From Caecitellus pseudoparvulus (taxonomy: Eukaryota > Protista > Bigyra: Bicosoecida): a DNA stretch of 64,000 nucleotides. Every line of letters starts with the position of its first letter. Position 1 is the stretch's first letter. Location: positions 62,001 through 126,000 of the forward strand of contig CBFFRQ010000043.1 of NCBI GenBank assembly GCA_965644315.1, given 5' to 3'. The notes beneath the pieces were generated by a model. It was given only the letters and a program-made list of their open reading frames with translations, was not told where the DNA came from and searched no databases. Shown here piece after piece: positions 11,568 to 23,128 of the stretch. Position numbers and translations under genes: made by a program.

Positions 11568-14291
11568 TCACGCGAACAGCCGGCCCATGCCGGGCCCCTG
11601 CACCACCACACCCGTCCGCACAGCACCCTTCTGAGCCGGCAAGGCTCCACTGCGCACCTGGCGCGGTGCACCCCGACTGCGCGTCGAGCGAGGCAGCCCG
11701 TTCGTCACGCCCCTATCACCTCGTGTCGCCGACACGCTGCGCAGTGCGTCCAGAGTGGCACCTGCCCTGCGGGGCGTGGCGCTGTCCCCGCCCTGCCGAG
11801 GAATGGGCTGTCCTGCCCATTGCGGCGCCTGCACGCGCCCGCCTTGCTGCTGTTTCACCGCCTGCACCGCAGCAGACACTGGGTGCTGTGGCTTGGAAAC
11901 AGGGGGCAGGACGGGCTGTGGCGGTGCTTGAGGCGTGGGCTCTGGCGAGGGGGGGTACGAGGCGAAGGCACCCCCCCAGCCCGGTCCAGCCCCCTGCTGC
12001 GCCCACGGATGGGGAGGAAAGGCGCCTGTCTGGCTGTACGGGGGTGGGCCCTGTCCACCCTGTGCGCCAGGCATGCCCCACGGCGGCCCCCCAGCGCCCT
12101 GTCCTGCCCACTGGCCGGCTCCCGGCACCACCCAGGGAGGGGGCTGCGGCCCCCCCCACCCTGGCCAAGCCTGCCACGCTTGTGGAGGCGCGTAGGGGCT
12201 GGGCATGGGCGCACTGCCCGGGACTGGCGTCATACTGGCGGCGGGATAGGCGCCCTGGGGCTGGTTGGCGGGTGGACTGGCCAGGGCGGCCTCCGCCGCT
12301 GCCACTTCGGCTCGCAGCGCCTGCACACGCCGCCGCCGGGCAGACGTTGACCGGCGCTGCAGCTGGGCGTTGATGCCGTGCAGAGCCCTGCGCAGCTCAT
12401 CCTCCTCCAGCGACAGAGCGGACTTGCCCAGGACTGTCTCGGCACCCCGCATACCTGCCTCGGAGCGAGGGGGCGGGGAGCTGGTGGAGCCTGCTGGGAT
12501 GGACGTCTGAGCTGGCTGAGGTGTGGAGGCGTAGCCTCCCCTGTGCTCGAGCACTGGCTCTGTCTTGGCCGAGGCTGGGCGGCTGCGGGGTCCACTGGCC
12601 GAGCGCTGGTGCCGCCTGGGGGGCTTGGCGCTGTGCACGCGCCGGGGCTGCTGCATGCTGGCGCTGGGCGTCTGCTGGGAAGACTGGCCCTCTGGCAACA
12701 GCGACTTCAAGCGCAGGCGAGATGCAGGCCGCGCCATTTCGTGCTGTGAGGCTCGGCGGGATGTCGCCGGTGCTGGCCTTGGCGCGGTGCGGGGCGACGG
12801 AGCGTGTTGATGTGCCGCGCCATGCCGGCCTGTCGTCTGTTGAGCTGGTAATGGAGCTAGGGCCGACGCCTCACTGCCCTGCTCACTGCCTGCGCCGTCC
12901 AAGAAGGAGTCCAGGTCGTGGTACACTGACGCGTCCTCGCCCAGCATAGCGGCCAGCTCAGCCCGCTTGGCAGCCAGGTGTGCAGCTGCCGCCTCCTTGG
13001 CTGCCGCTGCCGCCTGCGCCTGCTGAGTGCCGCGCGCCTGCGCCGCCACCGCAGCCACCACGCCAGCCTCGGGCATGCCCAGCGGCCGCTCACGCAGGAG
13101 AGCCGCGGCAGTCTGCTCCGTGTCTGCCTCGTCTGCGCTGGCAGCCTGCGCGGAGGCAGCAGATGCCTGCCGCCTGGCAGCACGTGCAGCGGCCGCCTTG
13201 CGTGTGCGCTCTGCATACCGCCTGCGCTGAACCAGCAGATCGGCCTTGCGCTGTGAGCGCGGAGACAGGGGGGGGCGGTCCCACTCAGGTTTGGCAGCTG
13301 CAGCAGGGCTGGCAGCCCGGGTGGCGCCTAGCCCTGAGCGGCGGCTAGCGCTGCTGGGCCGTCGAGACGTGGGTGTGTCCCTGCCTGCGGTGGAGGTGGA
13401 CGCCGTGGTGGATGGCACGGCCGCCGTGTGGGATGCTCGCGGGGCCGGTGCTGGTCGTGGCGGCAAGCTGGGCGCTTGGTGGTGGTGTGGAGCAGGGCTT
13501 GCCTCATGGGGCGTTGCCAGGGCTGCAGCCTGGCCTGCACGAGGCGGTGCAGCGTTTGTCGCAGGGGGGGCGATGGGTGACGGTGGGGGCGACGCGGCAG
13601 AGCCCAGGTCCACGCTGGCGTCATGGGACAACCCCTGGCCCCAACGGTGTGAAGCCGAAGAGGCCACACTGCTACCCCCGTCTGTGTCACTACCCCCAGC
13701 CGACAGCAGGTCCTCCAAATCAGACAGGACGGCGCCTGTGCCCGTGTGGTCTGGGGCTGGCGGGTGTGCGTACACGTCCGCAGCGGCAGCCCGGGCTCGA
13801 GCGGCCGGGCTAAGAGGCGACTGGTGCGCACATGTTGGTCTTGTCTCAACGGTTACCGTGATGTAGCGCCCTGTTGAAGGGTCGTACTTTCGCAGCGTGT
13901 GCCCTTGCCCAGAGGGAGGTGCCCGTTGCGGAGTGCTGGGCGCCTGCACAGCTAAACTGGGAATAGGACCAGGGGCACTCGTGTGTGGGCTAGGAGGACG
14001 GATAGATTTGTCGTCTTTGGCATTTTCTTCCTGGGCATGGGCTTGACGAAGATGCGCGTTCTCGACTGCCTTTTGTTGCTTCAGTCGTTGCAACGCCGAT
14101 GAAACGCGCTCCCGATCCGCGGCGTCCACTTCCGCCGCCTTGCGACTTTGCTCCCTGCGATCGAATGAGCAGGGTGAACATCCATACAGAGCAAATCACT
14201 GGGAAGGGCCTCACCGTCTCCGCCTTCGTGTTTCACGTCGCAGCTGGCGCTCCCGCACAGCCTCCTCAACACTGGCCTCGCGGCTGGCCAT
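11568..14291 (-). CDS. Hypothetical low-complexity protein with coiled-coil segments and a Gln/Pro/Gly/Trp-rich C-terminus
   Basis: 853-codon open frame. An upstream exon MASREASVEEAVRERQLRR joins in frame through a GTGAGG..CGCAG intron at about 14153-14214. Confidence 0.6.
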
Positions 14292-15061
14292 GGCGCGCAC
14301 CTTCCAGCCCCTTGCGACCGAAAGGAGGGCGTGGAAACACTGGAGAGGATATGCTTGAAGACTGGTGGATTAAACCTGGTGGAAGAAGTGGACGAATCCG
14401 CAGTTCCTGCGAGACCGTACACGAGCGAAGTGCCAACGCCAAGCGCAGGCTCGAAAACCAGCCACAACGCCAGCAACGGCTGCACACGACCAGGAAAAAA
14501 ACACCGGTCGGTGATCAATTCAGGTGGTGCGTTTATGTTGCGAATTATTTTGTCTGGTGCGTGACTGCTGTTTGATTGCCGAGTTCAACTGCTGCCATGG
14601 TGCATGCGAGCAGAACTGCCGAAACGTGGAAGTGCCGTCCTCACCGGAAAATTGAGGGGGCTGAAGAATCATTGAACCTGAGGAGAGGGCTGGTCCAGGC
14701 ATTGCCGCCTGCCTCGTCACTGACTGCCGAGCCCCTGGCTCTGTGCCAGCGAGTGCCCCTGTTCAACGCACCAACTGCAGCAACACGGAGGCGAACTCCT
14801 GAACAAGAATTTCTGACACCCAGGTGCTTATGGGGCAGCATTCTTGTCTGCATGGACCCCTTGGTGACCAGACCCACTTGGAACCTGGCAGAAGTCAATC
14901 CAACGTGCACTTCACGGCAGCGCCGTCAAATCCTCCTCAGCTGGATGACGCACAGTACATGCTCTCGCAAAGTGCATTATCCTCCCCAATTGCTGTCGCA
15001 AGTCTCGTTTCAAGCTGCCTCCTCAGCCAGTGTCCTGCTGCACCGCGGACAGTTTCCAGGC

Positions 15062-16870
15062 ATGGCTGCAGCTGTGAACCTTGCCCCACCATCCAGCGGA
15101 CAAGCGCAGATTGAAGGCCGCTGCTGCTGCATTCGAGGCTCTTCCTTCGCTCGAACGTGCCAATGCAAGCAGGTGTTGAGCCAGGTACAATGCACAGGTG
15201 CGTGCGGGGAGGGGGGCTTGACTTTGGCGGGGCGCACTTCCCTTGCCCTGCCGCACAGAGGAGCTGCAGCACGGCGGGCAAGCCATGGTGTTCCAGTGTA
15301 TGTGGCTGGGGCATTCGTGTGCTTTGAAGGTGTTCAAGCATTCAGCTCGGCGGGGGGCGTTCCGTGAGCTTGCTGCGGTGAGTTCATGCCGCCGCAACGC
15401 GGGCGGGCAACGGTGACTTCCCTTCCAACTCACTGTCCCGGCAACCAGCCCGCATGCCCCTCCACGGCGACTGCCCTCATCACCCTTGGGACCACTATCG
15501 CTTGTGAGCGTCCTCCATGCCGTCCACACTTGTCCTCGCTCTCCCTCAGATGCTTCGGCTGCACAGGCACAGCCGGTGTGGCAGCTTGCTCACCCACCCG
15601 TTCGTGCTGGGGCTCCGACGAGCCCACCTCTTGAATGTGAAGCACATGTTCAGCTCCAAACGCAAGCCTGTGGGCCCCGCACTGCTCCTGGAGTGCGGCC
15701 ATTGCGACATGCTGCAGTACATGGAGACACTTGCGCCCAAGAGCATCGGGCTGGGAGAAGGGGAAGCTGCACGAACGTGGCTGGCACAGGTTGCATCAGG
15801 TGAGCGTGGCAGCATGACAGCCTTGCTGCAGATGCACACCAAACCTCACGCCCCTGCTCCCGAACGCAGCGCTGTGCTTCTGCCACGCCAAGGGAGTTGC
15901 TCACCTGGACGTGAGTGACGCGCCGTCTCCTGCCCGCCGCACTGCAACCACCCGCGCTCGTCGCGCCACGCAGGTGAAACCTGAGAACATCATCCTTTGT
16001 CCAGGGGAGCTCTCGGCGGAAGGGGTCCCGGGCCCTTCGGTCGCAAAGCTGGCCGACTTTGGAGCAGCGCAGGTGCGGCCACCAGGCAGCGATGGCCCGC
16101 TGCTGCGGGAGCGCCCTGCAGGCTCCCCCCATTACGCACCACCCGAGGTGGTGAATGCGCACAGTCGGAGGCAGTCAATGTCTTCCGAGGCTCCCTCCTC
16201 AGACCCTGACCCAGGCCCTGCCGCAATGGGAGCTGGGGAGTCCCGTCCGGGCCCTGCAGGGACAAGCTGTCGGAGTGAAGGTGGCGGGTGCACCGGTGCT
16301 GAGCCACGGAGGGGCGTGCAGTATGATGCCTTTGCCGCAGACGTGTGGAGCTTTGGCCTGTGCGTGTTTGTTGCGGTGACTGGCCGGTGGCCCTTCCGGC
16401 GCGCCGATCCAAAGGAAGACGAGGCCTTCACGGCCTTCGTCGCAGCCACACACCGGGTACCTGGAAGCGTCGGCACCAGCTCGCCTGCTTGGGAGTGGCC
16501 GTCATCGTTTTCAGGGGCCCTGCGTGACCTGCTGCGGAGCTGCCTGCGAGTGGACCCGGGCGAGCGCCCGAACATGGAGGACGTGGCAGGGCATGAGTGG
16601 TTCGCCTCTCCGCAGGCAAAAAAGCACGGGGTGCCTGGGAATTCGGCAAAACTGAATTCCTCCGTAAGCTTGCATGATCCCAAACCTGCTGCCATCGTGT
16701 GCAGCGCAGGGCAGGGTGTTGAGGGTGGAACGGACCCTCCCGAGATGCAGGTGTCCAGCGTGTCGCCCCGAGCCGACGTCTCGGTCGGCCAGCAGGGCCT
16801 TCTGGCCGAGAAGAATCACCCATGCGGCGCTGAGGGCAGTCCCATCTCTTCCTCTTGCGTGATGCTGTAG
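15062..16870 (+). CDS. Ser/Thr protein kinase (CAMK-like fold), multi-exon; start may lie further upstream (14852)
   Basis: Spliced motifs LQHGGQAMV (G-loop), CALKVF, RELAA, GVAHLD|VKPEN, LADFG, GSPHYAPPE, DVWSFG and DPGERP..HEWF. Confidence 0.85.
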
Positions 16871-17611
16871 GCCTCCCTGGCTTGCGCAGGCCTGACCGTT
16901 TCGTGCCAGCGGTCTCAGTGGGGCCGGCCTGGACGAGGCTTGAAGAGGCTGTGCAAGTAGACAGGTGTGCTTCGGGAAGGTCTGAAAGGCCCGCTGCCCC
17001 TCCGCTTGACTCAACCCCGCATCGCCTTCCAATCGCTTCTGTCGTGGATGCACGGCCGATGCCTGCGTTGCCCACCCTCCCGACGACGACTCCTCACTCT
17101 GCCGGCTGGCGCAAACTCTCTGTGTTACACTAATGAATTCTTTTGTGCTCCTGCCTTTGTCGTGGCTTGAAGGAGCTGTCGCAGCTTGGTGTGGGAGAGC
17201 GCTGAGCCAGATAGCCTGCCTCCGCAGCACCACCACGCCCACCGCAGAGGCGCGTTGAATCCTCACCAACACGCTGCATACCCTGGTGTCAGGGGAAGCG
17301 GATTGCCTTTTGTGCTGCTTCCCGGCGAAATTTCCGAGGCAGCGCCCTTTGTTGGCACGCCCTGCCTTGCTTGCGCTTGGCGCTGAGGTGCTGCTTGGCA
17401 CACTCGCGAGGGCCGCCTGATCGGGCTCCACAATCTGCTGCCACTCCGACCGGCAGCATTCACCGGCTCTTGTAACGGAACACTGTTGAATCGTGCGTCA
17501 TTTTGAACGCAGACCTCGCTCCGCCCGCTGCGGCGGAGGTGCGGCGTGATGCTTGCAGGTGCACTGCACCTGCTCCGCCCCTTGCACCTGCCTCGCAGTC
17601 AGCCCGGCGCC

Positions 17612-18595
17612 ATGGAGCAGGACGCCGCCTCCGAGGTAGCCCCGCCTGCTGCCCCTCCACAAGAGGCAGAGGCGGGTGACTCTGTTGTCGCTGCTGCAGC
17701 CAGGATCACGTATGACAGCGACAGCGACACGGATAGCACGGAGGAGGGAGACGATGGTCCCCGCCCGCTGCCCACTGGCCCGCCTCCGCCCGTGCCTGAG
17801 CGCAACCCAGACACAGAGGCGCCTGCCCTGCCCAGCCCTGCCCAGCAGTCTCCGCCTAGTGCGTGCTTTGCCGGTGAAGCGGGCAGCCCGGCGCCGGGAC
17901 AGCCTAGCAGCTCTCCAGCTGAAGCTCAGGAGGGTGACGTGGAGGAGGAGGACGCCGCACCCAGGCAGCGGCGCAGCTCCCTCGTCGTGTCCTTTGCCAA
18001 GGGCGTCGGCAACCGCCTGGGCCTGCGGCAGAAAGGCGCCCCGGGCAGCACTGCCAGCGACGCTGGAGGGGCGCCTGCCGAGGCAGGCCAGGCTGAGGCT
18101 GCGCCTGGGGGCGATGCGCCACGCCGACGCCCCAGTGTCTCCCGCCCCCTGCCCAGCCTGCAGACGGCAGAGGTGCCTGTGGGGTCCCCTCACTCCGTGC
18201 ATTCAGACCCAGGCGCAGAGGAAGGCGTCGACGGAGGTGCGTGTGTGCTCCAGCTGTCAGCTGCGCCCCGCATGCCACACCCACGGCGCCGCCCCCGCCC
18301 TCGCAGATGGGCAGCAATCTCTCCAGCGCACGCAGAGCTTGCCCCCCGCCAGGCGCAAGAGCATCCTGAAGAGCCCAGGCACACCCCGCTCCGTGCGTAC
18401 GCTGCAGCCTGCTGCATCGCCCAGCGACCGCCACACACCCAGCCCCACCCCGCACAGGCGACACACGGCAGGCGGATCTCCTTTGCCGATGAGGGGGCAG
18501 GGCACCTGGAGCACGTCGCGTATGTGGACAACTTGCACTACAGCGACATGGCCGACCACCACCAAGACGACGACGACAAGTGCGCCATCCAGTAG
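17612..18595 (+). CDS. Acidic disordered protein with PP1-docking motifs (SILK, RVxF) and a C-terminal CaaX box
   Basis: After removing introns at about 18237-18306 and 18393-18457 the C-terminus reads RRKSILKSPGTPRSATHGRRISFADEGAGHLEHVAYVDNLHYSD...DDDDKCAIQ*. Confidence 0.7.
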   Translation: MEQDAASEVAPPAAPPQEAEAGDSVVAAAARITYDSDSDTDSTEEGDDGPRPLPTGPPPPVPERNPDTEAPALPSPAQQSPPSACFAGEAGSPAPGQPSSSPAEAQEGDVEEEDAAPRQRRSSLVVSFAKGVGNRLGLRQKGAPGSTASDAGGAPAEAGQAEAAPGGDAPRRRPSVSRPLPSLQTAEVPVGSPHSVHSDPGAEEGVDGGACVLQLSAAPRMPHPRRRPRPRRWAAISPAHAELAPRQAQEHPEEPRHTPLRAYAAACCIAQRPPHTQPHPAQATHGRRISFADEGAGHLEHVAYVDNLHYSDMADHHQDDDDKCAIQ

Positions 18596-18691
18596 ACCAG
18601 AGCGCCACTCCCCACACCAATGCAGTTGGCCGTCCACGGCTGTGTCGCCGTCGTTCTCCGCTCCGCAACATTCGACATACTTGGCGTGTCC

Positions 18692-19539
18692 TCACCTCCC
18701 GGCCGCGCCCAGCTGCCCGCCGCGCTGCAGTGCAGCCACGACAAAGGCATCCTCTGGGTATTCCTCCTGCAGCTCCCCGGTGGGCAGGTACCCCAGGCCA
18801 GGCACCCACGCCTCGAAGAAGTCCCCGATAGCTGGGTGCAGGATGGGCTGGGGGGCCGCCATGGGCAGCACATTCTCCTGTGCCACGTACGTGACGTCCC
18901 CGATGCCGCGGTCACGGGTGTCCACGAGGCCTGCACAGGGACGGGGGGGGGGTGGAGCCTGTAGCAGGCGGTGCGACGCTGCACAGCATCGAGGACACGC
19001 ACAGTTGTAGAACGGCTGTGCCGTGCCTTTGGGCAGCTTGGAGACCCCATTCAAGTGCACCTGTGATGCAGCTCAGTGTGGCGTGCCTTCCATGTGCTGC
19101 GTCCCCTCAGAACGTGCGCACGCACCCACGAGGCAGACGCTTCGCACTCGGGCGTCCAGCCAGCCAAGACCATGCGGTAGCCGTGCAGCCGGTGAGTTGC
19201 CACCGTGCCCACATCGTGCGTGATGAAGGCCGGCTTGGGCTGCCACTCGTCACTGTCCAGTGCTGAGACGCGGCGCCAGATGCGTGAGGCAGCGTCCACA
19301 GCTTTCTGCAGCGCCTCGCGTGGCTCATCAGCTGCCATGCGGAATTCGTTCGCCACCACGTCAGAGGGCGCCATGCCCCCTTTCAGGGCTTTCAAGGGCG
19401 CCGTCAAGTGAACCCTTGACAGGATATCACCCACAGCATGCAGCCCTGCGGTGCTGGCGCTGGCGGCATGCCTTCGCACTGCCCGCTGCAGACTGCGGTA
19501 GACAGACCGCACAACCCGTGCAGGTGGCTGGCCCTGCAT
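18692..19539 (-). CDS. YccV/HspQ-like (hemimethylated-DNA-binding domain) protein
   Basis: VGTVATHRLHGYRMVLAGW..C...QPFYN.LVD..TYVAQEN...ILHPAIGDFF..YLP..LQEEYPED is the YccV-like signature. The N-terminus VVRSVYRSLQR is LYR-like. Confidence 0.8.
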
Positions 19540-19619
19540 CACAATGCTGCATTGGTCTGGGCAAGCAGATCACAACCCGAGCAGCCACACAGTCCTCAAC
19601 CAGTTCCACTTCTGAAATC

Positions 19620-20660
19620 TTACCCCCACAGCCAGCTGCCCACGGAGGCGACGGCGCCGATGAGGCCAGAGCCCCCCTCCGCGTCCGCCTTGGCAGCCGC
19701 CCGAGCGCGGCGCTTGCGGGCCATGCGCTGCTCCACGGTCTCTGCCCCCGCACCGTCAGTGATGGTGTTCTTCCCCGTGGCAGCGTACGCTTCGTCGTCG
19801 TCCTCCTCGCCGTAGTACGCCTTGGGCGCCTGGGTGGAGCCGCTCTTGGTCAGCCCGAAACGCGCCCGCACCTCCCGAATGGCGCCAGGCAGGGCAGGGC
19901 GAACCTTCGCTGTGTCAGTCGTATACACGACGATCTTGTCGCGAGCCTGTGCAGGGGGGGGCCGAGGGCCGTCAATGGGGCGGTGTGCAGGCAGGCGCCG
20001 CACCGTGCCGGCCGTACCTGGTCAATGGTGACGCTCGTCACGCCCGGCAGCAGCAGGATGGTCTCAATGTACGCCGCCTGCTCAACTTTGCCGCCCAGGG
20101 TGCCCTTCATGGACACCTTCAGGGCCTTGGTCAGCGCGGCGCGCCCTGTGCCGGTGCTGCCCTGCGCCGTGCTCGCTGAGCCAGCGCCAGTGGACGCTGG
20201 GCGCGACATGCGCTGCACGGCCAGGGAAGCCGCCTGCTGGGCAGATCCACTCGCGTGCACGGCGATGAAGTCCTGCGATGTGTTTGCAGCAGTGTTCGTG
20301 CTGGTGGCTGCCGCTTGATAGGGGCATGGGGACAGGCACGCACCAGGCGTTGCACGACCTCGTCGTTGGCGCGCAGCGCCTCGAGGCCCTGCTCGCTCGC
20401 CGCACAGTTCGCCGCACACTCCAGAGCGGTGATGAGGACATCTGCTGCAAGATCGGCCTCCAGGATCGTACTGAAGAGCACCTTTGTAAAGCCTGCCGGG
20501 CGCGCAAGCGAGGGTTGTGTGTCGTGCAATTTCCGCTGCGAAGTGACACAAGTGTCACAAGCGGCTCCGCCCGCTCACCTAGCTTCAGCGCGGCAGGGAC
20601 ATTCGCAGGGTCCTGCGTGATGGCCTTGACCTTTTCCAGAATCGCACGTGTGGCGTCCAT
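19620..20660 (-). CDS. ARMC1-like protein (armadillo segment + HMA-like domain)
   Basis: Helical N-terminus, then IETILLLPGVTSVTID..KIVVYT (HMA-like fold lacking CxxC), an acidic Tyr patch, and an amphipathic C-terminus GLIGAVASVGSWLWG as in ARMC1. Confidence 0.6.
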
Positions 20661-20829
20661 GGTGGGCGTTTCGTGGGGGAACGCAGCTTCAGGTCCTGGG
20701 GTAGTGCAGCTGTGATGGCTGGCTGGTGCACTTGGCGATCGCGGCTGGCACGGGGTGGTGGCGAGGAAACGAGTGCGCAGTGGGGAGTCTTTTACTAAAT
20801 GAAATTGATGCCGGGCACGCCTCTGCCCT

Positions 20830-23025
20830 TCACCGAATGCACAGCAGCATGCGGCTGAAGAGTGGACTCCCCGTGCGAGCAGCCAGCCCTGCCAGCAACG
20901 CACGCACCTGGCCCTTGCCGGGACTCGCCAGCTGGCCCACTGTGAGGGCCTTGCTGCCATCCGCCACATCACGCACGGCGTCCTCCAGCTTGCCTGACGC
21001 CAGCCACAGCTCCACGGCGCAGGCCAGAGCAGTCGCCTCAGCGTCGGTCAGGGGCATGCCTGCCACGCTCGCAGCCTGAGCAGCCACTGGAGCGCCCCCC
21101 TGCACAAAGGCCCAGGAGGCCTCCCCCGCCTGCATGCGAGCCCGCACATCGCGCAGCCAGACCCAGTCGTACCCTACCGGGTCCAGCAGCTGCGCAGGCC
21201 CGTACTTCGCCTTGTACGCCATCTTGGGGCAGGTGTGGATGAAGTACCCCATGTAGTACCACTGCAAACTGGGGACGACGCTGGCCATGCGCTGCACCCA
21301 CTGCAGCTCGGCAAGAGCCGTGTACCGCCCCCACTGCCAGCTGGGCATGTGCGGGTCGTAGAACACGTACACGGAGCTGAGGCAGCGCGGCAGCACGTCC
21401 ACCACGCCCACCGCCACCAGCCGGTCCCCAAGGTAGTACTTCTGGTGGAACGACCCGAAGCCATGTCCCGGCGCACTGCCCTCCCACACCCCTGCTGCCT
21501 GGAGCTCGACATCAGCCGGCACAGACACACGAGCCCTTTCACCTGGGCCGGTCCCACCTGCGCCGCTGTCCGCCGCTCCCTGTGCCGCAGGGCCGTCCAC
21601 ATTCGCGGAGTTCGAGGGCGTCTGCAGCGCTTCACGCCATGCCGCAGCCTGGCCCGCCACGGCGCGAGCGTGGGCAGCGCCCGGCACAGGCGGCTGAGAG
21701 CGCGGCAGGGCCAGCGCATCCTCCAGCCGAGGGGTGGACTCGGGGTCCACGCCCAGCAGCTGGCGCAACACATCCCCTGCATCGGCCCCACTGGCCAGCA
21801 CGGGGGCCAGGCCCGGCAGGATGCGCGCCAGGGCTTTGAAGTTGCAGTCCAGTGCCACCAGGGCCGTCTCCAGGACTGACACGGGCAAGGAGTGCTTGGC
21901 AGCGGCTGCGGCAAGGAGCTGTCTCAGCTGCTCGCACCGCCGCTGCAGTGCCTCACCTTGCAGTCCGCCCTCTGGCGCCAGCGGGTGAAACGGCGCGCTG
22001 CCCAGCTCTGGGCCGCTCCAGGGGGTCTGCACGAGGGGGGAGTGCACCAGGAACCGCTCGTACTTCTGCCGCGTCAAGTCCTCCTCGGCATCCCCATGCA
22101 CCGCCACCTGGTAGGCCTTGTACAGGCGGAACGACTCTGCTTCAAACCGGGCCGGCACCGTCTCCACACGCAACACCTGTGGCGTGGGAGCCTGTGCTGC
22201 GGCAGCAGCTGATGCGTCAGGCGACGCTGTCCCTGTGGGGGCTGCGGCAGGTGCTGGGGTTGGGGGGGCTGCCTGGCTCAAGGCCACATCCTCCGTCACA
22301 GCAATGGCCACGCGGGAGCCGCCTGCAGCGCTAGTGGCGGCCCTGGCGCCCTCTGGCAGGGCGGGGGCGTGTGCAATAATTGCAGCTGTGATGTCTGCTG
22401 CGCTCACACTGCCCTGGAAGCACTTGCCGCGCAGGATGCTCGGCGCCAGGCACTCCAACTGTCGGCCATCGCGAGACAGCACCACGCGGCAGGCGGCCTG
22501 CGGGACGGTAGCAGCCGGCAAGGCCCCCGCACCCTGGGCCGCGCACACAGCGCTGTGGCACCATTCCCGCACAGCGTCAGCCAGGGCCTGTCCTGCGGGG
22601 CTCAGCTCGCGAGGGCTGGCCTTTGGTCGCTGAGCAGTCGGGGTTGGATCGCCTCCACGCAGCTTGCGGTGCACTCGGCGCAGCACACTTCGGTGGGGCT
22701 TGGTGAGCTGGAAATCCAGGGCATTCACACGGATGGTGTGCTGAGGGCAGCAGGTCACCGAGTTCGCCTGGGGCAGGGGTCAGGGAGGGGTGTGCCATGT
22801 GCGCAGTTTCAGGCGCGTTTCGCTCCCTCCTCCACGCACAGGCTTGTACAAGTACTTCCCTGAGCGGCGCCAGCCAAGGTCGATGAGGGCCTGGTAGTCC
22901 ACGACACTCATCTGCTCTGACCACGCGCCATACGTCTCCCTGGACCCCGCCTTTCCGCAGTACCCGCAGGCATCCTCGCCGCCGGCCTGGACGCCAAAGG
23001 GCCTCAACACCGTGACGTGCTCCAT
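20830..23025 (-). CDS. ATE1: Arginyl-tRNA--protein transferase
   Basis: [23 protein letters not shown]|[13 protein letters not shown]; [11 protein letters not shown]; [31 protein letters not shown]; [16 protein letters not shown]. Confidence 0.95.
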
Positions 23026-23128
23026 GTCAATCAGCGCAGAATGCCGTCCCACTCACGACCCCGTGCCGCACCCCTCGCAGGCCTCTCCAACCCATGCAGT
23101 GTGAATTGCGCTTTGCCAGTGACTGGGG

